Shown piece after piece: positions 23,403 to 38,299 of a stretch of DNA of 51,855 nt. The stretch is from positions 475,666-527,520 of the forward strand of contig JAWQFM010000016.1 in the NCBI GenBank assembly GCA_033442325.1. Direction: 5' to 3'. The notes below the pieces were generated by a model, which searched no databases, was not told the origin of the DNA, and saw nothing but the letters and a program-made list of their open reading frames with translations. This DNA is from Salpingoeca rosetta. Its lineage: Eukaryota; Protista; Choanoflagellata. A program made the position numbers and the translations under genes. Each line of letters begins with the position of its first letter. Position 1 is the stretch's first letter.

Positions 23403-26400
23403 TCTGCTCCCCACATATCCAACACTTTGTCTTGTCTTTTTTTTTTTCTTACACCGCCACGTGCTGTTGCCTGCCGCCACCTCTGCCGGTTTGCAGGTGT
23501 ACGTTGCGTCAACGTCGAGTGGGCTGTCGTCCAAGCTGCCGTGGAAGCAGATCAAGGCTGAGGACAGCGAAACAGGCGCATTTGAAGCCCTCAGCTGCTT
23601 TCTCCACAATGAGCAGATTTCCATTGTTACTACAGACCGGCGCCTCCTCCAGCGCGCGGTACGCACGCTTGCTCCCGTTCTTACAGTTTTTTTGTGCACA
23701 TTTCCGTGTACACGTGTACACGTTCCTGCGCGTAGGCGTGTAGCTGTGTCATTTTGTGATGGTTGTCCCAGTGTCGTGTGCGTGTTGTGTTGTTGGGCCC
23801 CACCTTCTTTGGTCGCTCCTTGCCATGCGCCAACTCCCTCACACGTCCAATTCAACGTGTCATCTCACGTGCGTGAACAGAGCGACGCGTCGCTGGCGTC
23901 GCGACTGCATGAGCGGGTCAAGCACGTCATCCACGTGACGCAGACACAAGACAAGGACAGCCTCTACGTGTGCTGCACGCAAAAGCGCATGTGCCCATCG
24001 TTCCTCAGCTTTGTTACCTCCACCTGTGGGTACATGGTGATGGCGTGGCCCGAGCACGCTCTCACGGGCACGGCCGGCTCCACCAACACGGTCACAGATG
24101 TGCGGCCAATCGAGTATGGCCTGCGGCTCAGCCCGCGATCAGCGCAGCCCGCCGCGTTTCAGTGCGACTCGCGTCACGTGGTGGCGACGGACAAGTGCGT
24201 GTGGCAGCTGCAGTCCCCAACAGACATCAAGGTGTTGCGGACACTGCCGCTGTCCTCGTTGCTCACGACGGAGGACCCTCTCAAGACGCTCACCAGGGGG
24301 CTGTCCACCCCCGCCTCCACCCCCACCGCGCCGTTCGCTGCCACGGCAGCATCGTCGCGGCCACCACAGCCACCATCGTCATCGTCATCGTCATCGTCAT
24401 CTCCACCGGCCCCTGGCGACGTGTCGTCGTACCCTCGCAAGCAGTCGTCGCCGCCCCCAGCATCGTCAGCGACACGTGCTGATGCAACAGCAGCAACAGG
24501 AACGGCTTCAGCATCGTCGTCAACCACGCACGATGCGACCACGCCTGCCAGTGTTTCGTCGTCCGCTTCTGCCGTGTCTTCCTCAGGTGCGCCGCCATCA
24601 CTGCCGCGCGCCCTGGCTGACTTGGGCTCGCCGGCGCGCACGTCGTTCTGGTCAGCGATGACCGATGACAGTGCGTGCTGGCTGTCACGCCGCCAGGCGG
24701 ACACCGCCCTGGTGGTGGCCAGTGTTGGGGAGGAGGTGACAGAACACACCGTGTCGTGCGTGCTGTACTCGTCCCTGTGCCACCGGCTTCTGACAGACGT
24801 GCAGGACGCAGATGCCCGCGCTGCCCTTGACGCAGAGCTTCGCTTCTTGCTGTCGGGTAAAGCCAGCGCCAGCGCCGATGCCAAACACACGGCAATGGCG
24901 CGCACATGCGTGCAGCTGGCCCACCTGCCCGATACGGTCCCTTCCTGCCTCTCAAGCAGCGCCGAGCCCTGCGAAGAGCACGGAACCACCGCCACCACCA
25001 ACAGTGACGACGCGAACGGCAGCGAGAACGCGAGCCGCAACCGTCCTGCCGTGACGCCTGGCGACCCGGCCGCCAAGGGCGAGAGACACAACGTCCCCAA
25101 AGAGCACGACGAAGATGAGGAAGATGAGGAAGAAGAAGACGAGGAAGCAGTAGACGAGGAAGAGAAAACAAACGGTGGTTACGGCCACGAAGGTGATGCC
25201 AACAGCTGCGCTGCGCACGTGGGGCCGCGCCTCGGGCCCACAGCAAGGATGCGGCTGCGTGTGTCCACGCCTGTCAACACTGGGGTCTGCCTTCGCGGCG
25301 TTGCGTTGTGGATTGACATCCCCGACTCAGAGTCACTGTGGGTGCGGCCCGTCAAGGTCTGTGCCCGCGCTGTTATGGTGGCGGACGCCACATCACCATC
25401 TGTAACACCAACAGCAACACAAACAGCAGCATCGACAGAATCGGCGACAGAAACGGCAACCTCGTCGGGAACTTCAACGACAACAGCGGCACACGCTCCT
25501 CCGATGGCACCCTGCTACTACAGCTTCCGCCACATTGCCATGCGGCCGCTCGGCGCGAGCGCGTTTCTGCTGCTGTACGATGAAGCCAATTTCACGATTG
25601 GGCCGTTCCCTGCCGGGTTTTCGGGCCATGTCGACCTCACCTTCACAGTGGTTGGCATCGAGGGGGCTCGCGTTGCCCCTGCCGGTATTGCGCCCGCTAT
25701 CTCGCGTTTGCTGACGCCACTCGGTGGATTTGCAACAGCCGTACCGCCAACGTCGCCTTTGCTGTTGTCGTCGCCGTCGTCGTCGTCGTCGCCGGCACCA
25801 TCAGGCGCCCGTGGTGGTGATGGTGGTGATGGTGGTGATGGTGGTGTTGGTGATGACAGCGTTGATGGGGCCTCCACGGACACCGCTCCCAAGGACAGTT
25901 GTTGCTTGAAAAGCGACGGCAGCTGTGATGGCACCGTGGCGAGCACGCCCTCTGCTGTGATGGCCATTGTGTCAGTGCCCACGGAAGAGCTGATGGTGCT
26001 GCGTCGGTGGTCGCGACCGCACTCGTTTCAGCTGTCCGTCTCGCCCGCCTTTTTCCGCACCCTGCTGCTGCAGTGGGCAGAGCTGCTGAGGAGCGTGCCT
26101 GACATGGTGGCGCTGGCCAAGGCCGCTGCCGAGGCGAAATCGGACACCAGCAACGGCTGCGCCAGCGAGGGCGACAGCATCAATGAGAAGGAGCACAGCG
26201 CCACTGACAAAGGTGGTGTTCATGCTCGCAGTGCAAAGTACTGGGAGCAGATGTTCGCCTTCAAGTGCACGGCTGCGCTCCTGGCGCGCATGCTGCTGTG
26301 TGGGCCCTCGGCAATCCAGTCCTGGCACTCTGAAGATCTGCGCGCTGTGCTGGACGCCACCAACAGCATCAAGTCAGCTGTCGTGTCGCTCACCTCCACG

Positions 26401-29400
26401 GAGCCAGCCCTGGCCAGGTTCTGCTTCCAAGCAACGCAGTGGCTCGTGCCACGCTGGCTGCACGTTGGCAGCACGTACAGCGCGTTTGCGCTTGCTCGCC
26501 TGCTGCGCACACCGCCCGGCGCGCCCCTTGATACGTGGCTCCGCCTCGTGCTTGGCAACGACATCCACGCCGCACAGCCAGGGACGCTGTTGTGGCACAT
26601 CATCTCGACGCTAGTGTCCCAGCAGCAACACCAGCTGCACGGGCAGCAGCAGCGGGTGCCACACCTCTTGGAAGACACCACCAAACGTTCAAGCACCAGC
26701 GCACGCGCCAGTAGCCGTACTGGCACCACGGCCCCCACAGCGCCGGCATCCTCACCAACCGTGCTCGTGCGGGAGCACCTGGAGCTGTCCGTGGCACGGC
26801 AGCTGAAGCAAGGGCCCGTGCACAAGTTCATGTTTTCGTGCGCGCAGACTGTGGAGGAGGTGTTTCTGACGCTTCGGCTGACCGAGCAGCCACCCAACAC
26901 GGCCACAATGTCTGTCACTGTGCACTACATGAGCGCGCCCGTGCTTGCGCTGGCTGATGAGCGCGTGGATGTGCAGGCGCTGCTTGATGTCAAGTACGCC
27001 GCGCCATCCCTCGTTCAGCCCGTCATGGTGGGCACACTGTGCTCCTCGTCGCCGTCAGCGGGGCCGTCTTCGTCATCGTCATCATCGCCAGACGCGTTCA
27101 AGGACCCTGGAGCGGCCCTGTACGATTACGAGCTCGACGTGACGGGTGCCGTTCGCGCAGGGGTGAGCGCCTGCAGACAGGCCGTTGTACAGGTGCTGGA
27201 GCGTGTTGGCCACGAGGAAGCGGAGGGCACGCGCCTTGTGCAGGCCTTGGACTCACTGCCGATGATGGTGCTCGTCACGACAGAGTCCATCACCCCGCTC
27301 CAGCTGAGCATGGCTGGCGGCACAGCGGCATACCAGGTGCGAAAGGTGTCGCCGCTGCTGTCACAGCAGCTGCTGGCCACCCCTGATGCAGCCCTGGCGA
27401 CGTACACGGACCTGGATGCTGCCGATGCTGCCCGCGATGCGCAGGAGCTGCTGCAGTCATGGACGGTTGGCGGTGCTGTGACGCGCGTGCTGCAGCTGGG
27501 CGTGCGGCCAGAGCTGCAGACCCACGAGCGCTTCTTCCTGTTTGCGGAGGTTGCGGCGCTGCTGGATACCGCTGGGGACGGCTGGACGGCGCATGTGGCG
27601 CTGCAGGCCGCACAGGCGGTCGTGGCCACGTGGGGCCGCCTCCTCTCCGACGAGTACGACGAGTGCCTCGCTGTTGTGAAGCGCGCGGTGCTTGTGCTGC
27701 TGCAGTCGCCGGCGTCCAACACGGATGCACTTGCGCTGCTCGGCTCCCACGGCGCAGCGGCAACGGAGGACACGTTTATGGTATCTTCTGCGTGCGACGA
27801 GGAGGAGAAGAGCCCACCCAATGTGCTGCTCGTGCGCGGGCACGACCGCCACGGCCTCATGCCCACCACCCCTCTTGGCATGCTGCCGTTGGCCAGAGCA
27901 GAGGCGCCTTCCCCTGCCTTCTCCCGCCTGCACAGCACATCCGAGGACACGCCTGCCGACACAACTGCAGCCGACAAGTGCGACGCACGTGAAGGTGATG
28001 GAGGCGACGCCGCCCGCCTTGACACCAGCGTTCATCCCCTGCAGCAAGGGGGAACGGGTGGTGCGGATGGCGATGGCGATGGCGGTGACACGGTGCTCAC
28101 ATCCGCCGCTGCCGAGTCGTTCCGTGCAGGCATGCGCCACCGCGAGGCCGTCGCCCTGAACGTTGCTGCCTGGGCGGGGAAAAGTGTCCCGTTTACGCGC
28201 AAGCAGGGCGCGGACGCGTCGCTGGAGCGCGTGCTGGCAGCGCTTGGTGTTCGCTTCAACACGCAGGACATGACCGGTGTTGCACGCACGTTTGAACTCA
28301 TGCATCCGAGCCAGGCTGCGGAGGGCAGTGGCAGCAGTGGCGGCAGCAGTGATGACGCAGATGAAGCAGCCAGGCTTAAAGCGACCAAGCAGCTGCTGTG
28401 CGAGGCCATCAGCAGCTCGTCATACATCACCCACGCGTCTTCGGGTACCACCAGCCCAGGCGCGCTCAAACTGAAGGCCACACCAAACCACAACCCTTCG
28501 AACAAGCAGACACATACGCAGGCGCAGGCACAGACGCAGGCGCAGGTGCAGACACATACGCAGGCGCAGGCGCAGGCACAGGCGCAGGCACAGGAGTGGC
28601 TTGGGCCCGTGCTTGATCAGACGGCGCCGTTCAGCCCGCTGTCGCGTATTGACGCGAATCTTGTCCGCAGCCACATGTTCAACTTCATGTCCAAGGCATC
28701 GCTGCAGCAGGGCGGGCCTGGGTTTGGCTGGCGATCCAGCGGCGGGCGCGAGGTGCTGCTAACACCGCCGGCGCTGATGCTCGGCCACTCGCACGCACAC
28801 GCAGCGGTTGTGCCACGCACCCTCCTCACGCGATGGACAGGGGATGGCGGCGACGTAACCGCTTTTGCTGGCGACAGCTCCAAGGCCGACAGCGGCCGTG
28901 GCGGAGCCAGCAGTGATGCAGGCAAGACTGTCAGGGCGTCGTGGTGGGCGGGTGTTTTGCCCACAGGTCGCCGCGACAAGAAGAAGGACGAGGCCACAGG
29001 CGCAGACAAGGACAAGGAGAAGGACAAGAAGAACAAGGACAGCTCGGGCAAGAAGGCGTCGGCACCAACGGAAGTGGCCAAGCACCACCAGCGGCGCGTG
29101 CTGTGGTCGAGCGCATTTGGCGCAAACGTGGTGGACGCACTGGAGCTGCTCAAGCGCAGCGACGCCGTGCGGCGAATGGTCCACCCCAACGTGGACGACG
29201 ACGATGAGGACGGTGAGGAGGGCGATGATGGGATGAAGGGGCGCGGTGCTGCAAAGGGCGCAAAGAAGGACAAGGTGGCCAAAGAAGAGGAACAAGAAGC
29301 GGGTGAGGAGGCGGTCCAGGATCAGCAAAAGGATTCTGACGCTGGCGGAGACCGCAGCAAGGCCAAAGCCAAGGTTCGCGCGGACCCCGGATCTGCTCTG

Positions 29401-32400
29401 GCGCCGGGAGCCAGTGCTTCCTCTGCATCGCCCTTCATTGCACCGGGCCGTCTCCGCCCACGTGTCGTGTCGGCACTGCTGCCCTGCAACGAGCAGGAGC
29501 ACGCGCAGTGGAGCCCCGAGCGACAGGCGCGCCTCGCCTTCCTCCTGGATTTCGTGTGTGCAGCCGCTGGAACGCGCGGGCATGCGTGTGCACACGCAGC
29601 GGGCCTGCTGGGCGAAGTGCCCGTGGCGCACGTGCTTCTGAGCGACTTGGTTGGGCTCAAAGCATCGTTGACACACTCACGGCCGGCATCTCGATTGTCG
29701 TCAGCAGCCGGCAACGCTGGTGATGATGGTGGTGATGCTGCTGCTGGCGGTGACGATGTCGAAGGAGATGGTGGTGATACTGGCGATGTGAGGGTGCCCG
29801 CACCAACCATATCGCGCTTTGTGAAGGTTGCCACTGCTCACAGCCGCGTATTCCAAGATATGCACGGAACGTCGGGCGTCACTGCAGGATCCCATGACAC
29901 CGCAAATAGCGACAACAAGGCCGCAAGCACGGATGCTGCCAAGCGCACTTGGGCAGCGATTGCTAGCACTGCTGGTGCCACAGACACGGCCACATGTGGT
30001 GACAGCAAGCGCACGGATGGCACAGACACCACGAGCGACCACACTGGGGACCACGCTGATGAACATGATGATGAGCTGAAGAAGCAATATGCACCGGAGC
30101 ACGTCGACGTGATGCTGACAGCCACCGTTCACCGCACGCGCTTGACCCACGTGTTCTCGTTCTTTGTGGAGCTGTTTGGTCACAGCAAGTCCGAAGCGGC
30201 AACACGCGGGGACGCGACTACCACTGTGGGCGAGCGAAGCAACGATGATTCCACGGACAGCGCCGAGGATGGTGGTCGCGATCAGGGGCGCGCGGTGCTT
30301 GCGGCACCGGCCAACGCCGTGTCCATCGCAAAGGAGATGCCCGTGTCCGTGCGCATGTACTGTGGCCCGGAAGACACCAGTGGTAGTCAGGGTTCAAGCA
30401 AGCATTCACAGTCTGCACGCGGCACGACTGACCCTGACAAAGAGCAGCGGCAACAGCAGCAGCAGCTGAAGCAGTCGGAGGACGTGGAGGAGGAGCAGGA
30501 GGATGACGCATCGAGTGCCACTGCTTCTCCCACCACCAGCACGCCAGCAGCCATGGATGTTGGTGCGGACGATGCTGACGGTGGTGGTGACGCCAGAATC
30601 GTGTCAAGCATGCAGGATGTGGGCTATTCGTGGCCCCCGGCCAAGGGCGTCTTGAGCTTGGAGGAGCAGCGGGCCATGGTGTACATGGCGTCGCCGCGCG
30701 TGAGTGTTGTCAACACGGCCGAGACGCATCGCCGGCGCTATCAGATCAAGCTGGAGAACATTCGCAAGGGCAGGTATGTCTTGGCGGTGACAACGAGTGC
30801 GCGTGCGCAGCCAATCTGGATCCACCTGACGGTGCAGAACGAAGCAGAGACTGCCGGCGAGTCACGCACGAGCGCCGCGCACTCTGTCGCGTCGCAGCTG
30901 TCGGCTGGGCCAAGGGTGTCGACGCCTGGTGCGGAAGACGTGTTTGCGGCTGCAAACGAAGGCAGCGCGCCAGCCAACGCCCTTCAACACCAGCAGGGCG
31001 TGGAGACGGTGTCCGAGTTCCGGTTTGCCATGGGCAATGACGTGGTCATGTGGGGCACGCCCACACGCGTGTCGCTGCCGGTGCGCACGATCAAGATACA
31101 CGCCGGCGCGGGGCGGGACACGATTGTGCTCGGCAAGATGACGGGCGATGAGATACAGGACGCGTACCTGCGGGCGGAGATGGAGGAGGACGATGCGCGG
31201 CTTCGCATGCTGGAGACGAAGGACCTGTGGAAGGGCGGCGGCGAGGAGGGCGAGGATGCTGCAGAAGGTGGGCGCTTGCTGGATCGTTACAAGGAGAAGC
31301 GTGAGTTCTTTGAGAGACGGCGAGCGCGCTTGCGGTTGGGCGGCGCTGATAAGGCCAAGGCCAGAGCAAAGGGTAAAGACAAAGACAAGGACAAGAAAGA
31401 GGGGGAAGACGAGCTGGACGCTGATCTTGTCATGGCTGGCATTGAGGATGTGCACTCGCGCGAGGCGGCGTTTGCTGACCGCTACAACGAACGCATGAAC
31501 AGCGGCGATGATTCGAGCGACGACGGTCGGGAGATTACGCTGGAACAGCAGGCGCAGCGCCTCGTCGGCCGCCTCCGCACCGGGCCCATGTTCATCCTGA
31601 GCGGCCACGTGGTTGTTGTTGACGGCGATGACAAGGATGACGATGATGACGCCGACGGCGTGGATGCAAAGGGCGGCAAGGAGCACGGCAATGACAGTGC
31701 TGCTCGCTACAAGCGGCGGCGTTGTGTTCCTCTTCGCCGGTGCTGGGCGGCCCTGCATCCCACGACGGTTGCCTCTGTGGCATCGGAGGAATACAGGCAC
31801 CTGCCGGGATGGGTGAACCTTGGCGACCTGGCCGTCCAGGCTGAGGAGGGGGAGGAGCACGAGGTGGAAGGGGAGGAAGCCAACGAAGAGAATAAGGGCA
31901 AGGGAGGCCCTGACAAGGCCGAAGATGAGGGCAAGAAGAAGGACGACGCAAAGGGCGAGGGCAGCGACGCGCCGGAAGCAAAGGACAAGCAGAAGAAGGA
32001 TGGCGATGATAACGCGGAGAACCAAGGCGAGGGCAAGGACGAGAAACAGGACGAGAAACAGGACAAGGACAAGGACAAGGGCAAAGAAGAGAACGCGTCG
32101 GCACAGGATGACAAGGATGCCAAGGGCGAGAAGGAGGGCAAGGCGGATGAGCAGGCAAAGGGCCAGGAAGAGAAAGGCGGTGTTGGTAAAGGGACCGATG
32201 CAAACGAGACAAGCCCTCGTGCTGGTGCGGTGCGTAGCGCGACAACAGCCATCACGACGCTGTCTGCGCTGCCTGGTCGTGATTTGCTGATGGTGTGGCA
32301 GAACCACCACTTCCGCGGGAGGCATGCGGTGATGGTGATGCGCCCGGCAGACGCTGACGACGACAAGGGCGATGGCCAGGGTGACAAGGACAAGAAGGAC

Positions 32401-35400
32401 AACGACGGAGAGAAAAAGAAAGACGAGGCTGCAGGCGCCAAGGATGACAAGAAGAAGGTGGAAGGTGAAGAACACGCGGTGGCTGACAATGGCGATGGCG
32501 GCGAGGATAAGCCGAAGCAGGAGGAGCTGAAGGAGGGCGATGACAAGCAGGAGGGCGAGAAGAAAAAAGAGGAGGAAGAAGAAGGCGATGACAAGGACAA
32601 GGCCGGTGAGAAGGACAAGGCAAGCGAGGGCGAAACGCCGACGCCAGAAGAAGTGCGGGTGATGATTGAGCAAGCGGCACAAGAGCAGGAGACAAAAACC
32701 GAGGCAACAAGCGAGGGCCATTCCCTGTCGTCTTTGCAGTGTCAGCGTGCACTCCTGGCTGCTTCCCTCTGGCACAGCCGCGCATTCCATGACATGCCAC
32801 CTGATGACATCACCCCTGACACATTCCTCACCATGGCGGTGCGTAGTTGCGTGTGTGTGTTGTGTGTGTGTGTGGTTGTGAAACTGTGCTTGAGACTCTG
32901 TTTTGAAGTTGTGTGAGAGAAACACTGGCCGCGCCTGCTTCATGCTCGACGGTGACGCATGCCTCACAGTCGGCCGCTCACGCTGCTACTGCTTGTAATA
33001 CCTCCCATAACTAACAGAAGCGCCACAACGCCGACGCGCTCCTGGCCAACTTCTCGACTCACCAGCCGGAATACGTTGGTGCGTAAATTCAAAATGCGTC
33101 TGTGCGTGCGTGCGTGCGTGCGTGTGCGTGCGTGCGTGTGTGTGTGTGTGTGTGTGCGTGTGTGTTGACAAAGGGGGTTGCCTGCGTGTCTTTCACAGTG
33201 ACTGTAGCCTTGACAGACAACCTTCCCTCGCACGCGCAAACGCGCACAAACACGCACACTCACACTCACACCCAAACCCACACCCACCCACCACATACAA
33301 ACGTGCATGATTCGGATAGTGGTGCATGCTGAGCTTGGACGCCTGGGCAGCGTGTGCCCGCGTCAGGATGTGACAGCCCTTGTCCAGCACATGTACGGGC
33401 AGCCATCCCTCTCCTTTCAGTGGCTGCAGCCGTGGCCGGCGTGGGCCACGCTCCTCGTCGTGTTTGCCCCATCCCCCTTTGGGCTGCGCAGCGTCGTGTT
33501 CGGGCCGCCAGCCCTGGCCGACCTGCGAGTTGTTGCGCTGTCGTCCTCTGACGCCGCGCGCGAGTGGACGGCCGATGCGGTCGCTGATGCGGCGGTGCCC
33601 GTCACGGAGTACTTTGACGCACGCGAGCAGGCCGTCATTGCAGAGGCAGCGAAGCGCACGCACTTTCAGTTTACGCCGTCGCTTGCCGGTGTCAACGCTG
33701 GCAGCGGCCGTGATGGCAGTTCTGGCGATGGTGACGTTGAAGATGACACCGCCGTTGCTGCGTACACGCGGTCAGCCCTGTCTCGCCTCGCTGCCTGCAT
33801 GGACGTTGACCAGCTGGGTCCATGCCTCAAGGTACCGCTGATGTTGAGGAGGAGGGGCGGGTTTGTTTGTGTGTGTGTGTGTGTGTGTGTGCGTGTGTCT
33901 GTGCAGGCTCGCGCACATGCGTATCTGTGTTTGTGTATGTTTGTGTATGTGTGTGTATGTGTTTGCACGCGCTGATTTGCAGCTTCAACTGACGTACGCT
34001 CTGTTCATGTCCACACATGTTGCGTCAACCACTCACACACACACAAACACACACACACACACACACAAATACACACACACACGCACACACACAAATACAC
34101 ACACAAATACACACACTCACACACACAAATACACACACACACACAAAGGTTGATGGCGCCGTGTACGAGCACTTGGCAGCAAGCGAGGCTGTCAGTGCCG
34201 GTGTGAGTGCGAGCGATGCTCACACGCAAGTGATTGCCTGGACAGCGTTCCTCCTCTCCCTGTCGCCCCTGTCAACGGCCGGTGTCTCACAGGACGAAGA
34301 CGCAGACACCCACAAGGTGCAGTCATGCTGCTGCTTGATTGTGTGCATGTGTATATGTGTACGCGTGCATAATTGTACATATGTGCAGAGATGCGTGCTT
34401 GTGTGCAGTTGTAGTTTGGTGCTCTTGTGGTTTGTGTGCATGTGTATGCGCGATTCATTATATTGTTTGTTGTGACATTGACAACCCAACCTCTTGTTCA
34501 CTTGTTCGTCGTGCTTTGTGAACTGTACGTGTGTGCGATGTATGTGCGATGCGTGAGCAGCTTGTGTGCAGCGGTTTCCGCCATCAGCATGACATATTCC
34601 TGGAGTTGGGCCACCATCTCCACGACGCCCAGCGGCACTTTGACTTCCTGCAGGTGTGTGTGTGTGTGTGTAAGTGCTGCGGAGAGTGTGCGTTGAGGAG
34701 GAAAACAGATTTGACCTGCGGTATGTATGGTATTCTTGGTCACACGGCACACGTTCACTTGCGCTTGTTCTTGCCCCACTTTGTGTGTGTGTGTGTGTGC
34801 GTACATTGGCGCATCTGCAGATGTGCCGGAAAGTAAGCGCGTTTATGCAGCGCAAGGAAACGACGCTTGAATCGGCCGTCCTGTACGTTTCAATCGCGCG
34901 TTTGCATCGTGTGTGATTTCTGCAGTGTACTATTCGTTACACCTGTGTGTTGGAAAGCTGTGGCATGTGTGGCATGTCTAGGGTTGTTCTCACACTCACG
35001 TGTCGCGTGCGAATACGTGTGTGCGGTGCGTATTGTTTTGGGCAGGCTGTTGTGCCGCCTTGTTGAGATGCGCGAGTACGACGTTGAGCAGCTGGTGCGC
35101 CCGCGACCACCCCTCGTGTCCACATCGCGCCTCGCTTCTGCAACGTGCGTGCCCCGTGTTCGTGTTTGTGCATGCGTCTGCTGGGTTCATCCACGTGTAT
35201 GCTGCGTGTGCATGCTGCGTACATGTTGCGGTGCCTGTCGAATCGCCACCCGCTGCTTGTCTTGCTCTGTACGTGTCCTCACAGCGTTGGCTGGCATGCG
35301 CGCTGGACTGCAGATGGGTGGAGACGAGCTGCCCTCTTGTCTTTGGCCGAGACTTTGCGGCCTGTCTTCGCGTCATGTCAGACGCCGTGCTCAAGCGCAT

Positions 35401-38211
35401 CGCCAAGGAAAAGTGCGCGATGTTCTGATTGTGCTGTTCTCCTATGCGCTTTTCTTGCCCGTTGGGGCTGGTGCTGTCCTTGCGTGTCTTCATTGACCAC
35501 GGCGCGTGTGGCTCGCCACTCACGCAGCCCACACACATACACACACACTCACTAACTCACACATACACACATACACACACACTCTCTCTCCGTCTCTACT
35601 GTAGGAGCCCGAGTGTGATGTTGGCGGTGAGCGGTGCGCTGCGGGCGTCGGTGATGAGTGTCGCTGTGCAATCGCACGAGCTGCCGCTGTGGCTGGCAGA
35701 GGCCAGCCGCCTTCGCAAGATTGTCGTTGTCGTGCAGCGGCGCGCCTCTGAGCTGTCCAACTCGGCGAACGTGCCCAAGGTACCGACGGAGCTGACGAAG
35801 GATGTGCTGTTCGTCCACGCTGCGCAGGACACCAAAGCCGACAACTACTCCATTACCAACGGCTGGATCACGTATGTCATGTGCTTTTACCTTTACCCCT
35901 TGCTGTGTTGCTTGCTTGTTTGTGCGTTTCCGTTCCTTGCTCCCCGTGTGGAACAATGTGCATGCATACATGTTCTGTTTATGCGTGTGTGCGTGTGTGT
36001 GTGTGTGTCTGCGAGTTTTCAGCCTGATGTGCTTGCCTATTGTCGCCGGTGCCTGACAATTCAAACAAACACAAACACGCAAACAAACGCACGCACGCAA
36101 ACACACACGCAAACAAACGCACACACACCGTTCTGACTCGCTTGCCATTGTCTTACCACTGGTTCTTGTGTGTTTGCTGCAGGAACACGCGCGAGCGGCC
36201 ATCTGTGTCCATTGAAATTCCAGTCACGGCGCACATGCGCGGTATCGTGCTGCCCGCCAACGTCAAGTGCACCGTCATCGCCACACAGGTGATGGGATGT
36301 GATGGGACGTGATGGGACGTGACAGAGGGCGTGATGGGGATGCGCAGCAAGTAGCATGCTGTTGGCTGCGACTGGAGCACTCACACTTGGTGCTCTCGTT
36401 GCAATCGTGGGTGTTGCTCTTCTTGTTGTTCTTCTCATGTGTCCGCCTCACTGAATCGTGAATCGCATCACCGCCGCCACGTCCACAGCATGCGGACGGC
36501 ACCGTTGGCTCTGCGTCAGTTCGGCTGTCTGATATGGAGCGGGATGCAGTGGTCTCATACCTCAAGGATGTCAAATCCGAGGAAGAGGTGGAAAGCTGCA
36601 CCCGCTACCACCTCAGATACCCGCACATTACCATGGACGTGTTGCTGTTTGATGCTGCAATTGCCCAGGTGCGCTGTGTGTACGTGTGTGTAGGGATGTG
36701 CGTGTGTCTGAGTGTGAGTGTGTGCGTCGATGTGTGCAGGAATGTGCGTCGATGTGTGTAGGGATGTGTGTGTGTGTGTGTGTGCGTCGATGTGTGCAGG
36801 AATGTGCGTCGATGTGTGCGTGTGAGTGCGTGTGAGTGAATGTGAGTACGTGCACAATGGGCTGTAATCTCTCTGTGGTGGGTTGAGTTCGTGTTTACAC
36901 GTGCATCCCCGAACGTGCCACCCATCTCTTCTCTTTGCGCACACCTTTGCTCAACTGCACAGGTGTCGAAGTTCCTGCTGCTGAGCATTCACTGGCCGAG
37001 CGATGCCAAGGCGCGTGTGCCCGCGTATCAACTTGTGTATGAGTCGCGCTTTGGCGTTAACCTCCGCAGCGAGGTGGAGAGTCTGCGCCTCGTCCTCATG
37101 GACAGCCTTAAGCGGCTACAGACGCAGGTTGTGGAGGCACTCAAGTCTGTCAAGGACAGCAGCGCACACCCGGCAATCCTGGACACGTCAATGTTGTGGA
37201 CATCAATTGTGCAGGCGTTCTCGTTCATCGAGCAGCACATGCCCAGCGTGAGTGCTTCGTGTACCTGTACGCGTGTGTGTGTGTGTGTGTGTGTGTGCGT
37301 GTGCGTGTGCGTGTGCGTGTGCGTTTGGTTGTCGATTGCAGATGTGCTTCTGACATGTTTGTGCGCGTCTTCGGTGAGCTTCTTTGATCTTTCTCTGGGC
37401 ACTAATGCACGGGATGCTGTGTGTGTTCTCTGTTGTACCCAACTTTCACAGCGCACGCAAGAGGTCTACAAGATGTGGCAGACGCAAGTCCTGGACCCTC
37501 TCTTCAGGATGCACCCATCCACAATGCCAAAGGTCTGTGTCTGTGTGTCTGTGTGTCTGTGTGTCTGTGCATGCGTATCGGTTTCCGTGTATCTGTGTGT
37601 GTGTATGTGTGTGTGTGTGTGTGTTTGTGTGTTCGCGCGCGCATGTGTGTGTACGTGTATTTGCGTGTCTGGGTGTACGTACACTTTCTTCCCGGACTCT
37701 CGCGTCCCATCCCCTCACGTGTGAATGGCAACGGCAGACCTGCCCTGTTGTGAAGCTGGCCCACTCCATTTTCGCCACGACCAACGCTGTGCTCGAGGCC
37801 ATGTCCTGGCCAGGCGAAGGTGCGACTGTTGCCGCTGTCTTGCATGCACCATTGTGTTGTTGTGATGGTTTCACGGTTTGCACACGCAGTGCTACGACGC
37901 ATCCACGCATCCACGCATCCATACATGTACGCTTTGCTTTTACTAGCCTGGCTCACCCACACACCCACGTGATGGCTTGCGTGCAATTGGCAGACATCAT
38001 GGTGATGAAGCTGCTACTCGCTGTTGAATTCGTCGGAATGGTCAGTGACGAGTGCAACAAATATGTTCATTTACCAGCTTCACCGCGTGTTCGATTGTGT
38101 CCCTGAACCACGCCACCCGCCTGGCGCCACTGTCATGCCCACGTCCACATACCCGTCTTCCATTTTTTCGCAAACTCATTTCACGTCACATCAACCCCAA
38201 TACCCCCCATT

Positions 38212-38299
<88 letters not shown>

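Noticed and set aside
23296-32916. 3,206-aa ORF as a standalone intronless gene
   Set aside because: Both ends translate intronic microsatellite (HTHT, SLSL, VCVC); it contains internal exons of the larger gene.
30862-32967. 701-aa minus-strand ORF and other antisense ORFs over large exons
   Set aside because: Shadow frames of GC-rich, K/D/E-biased coding sequence; no recognisable motifs.
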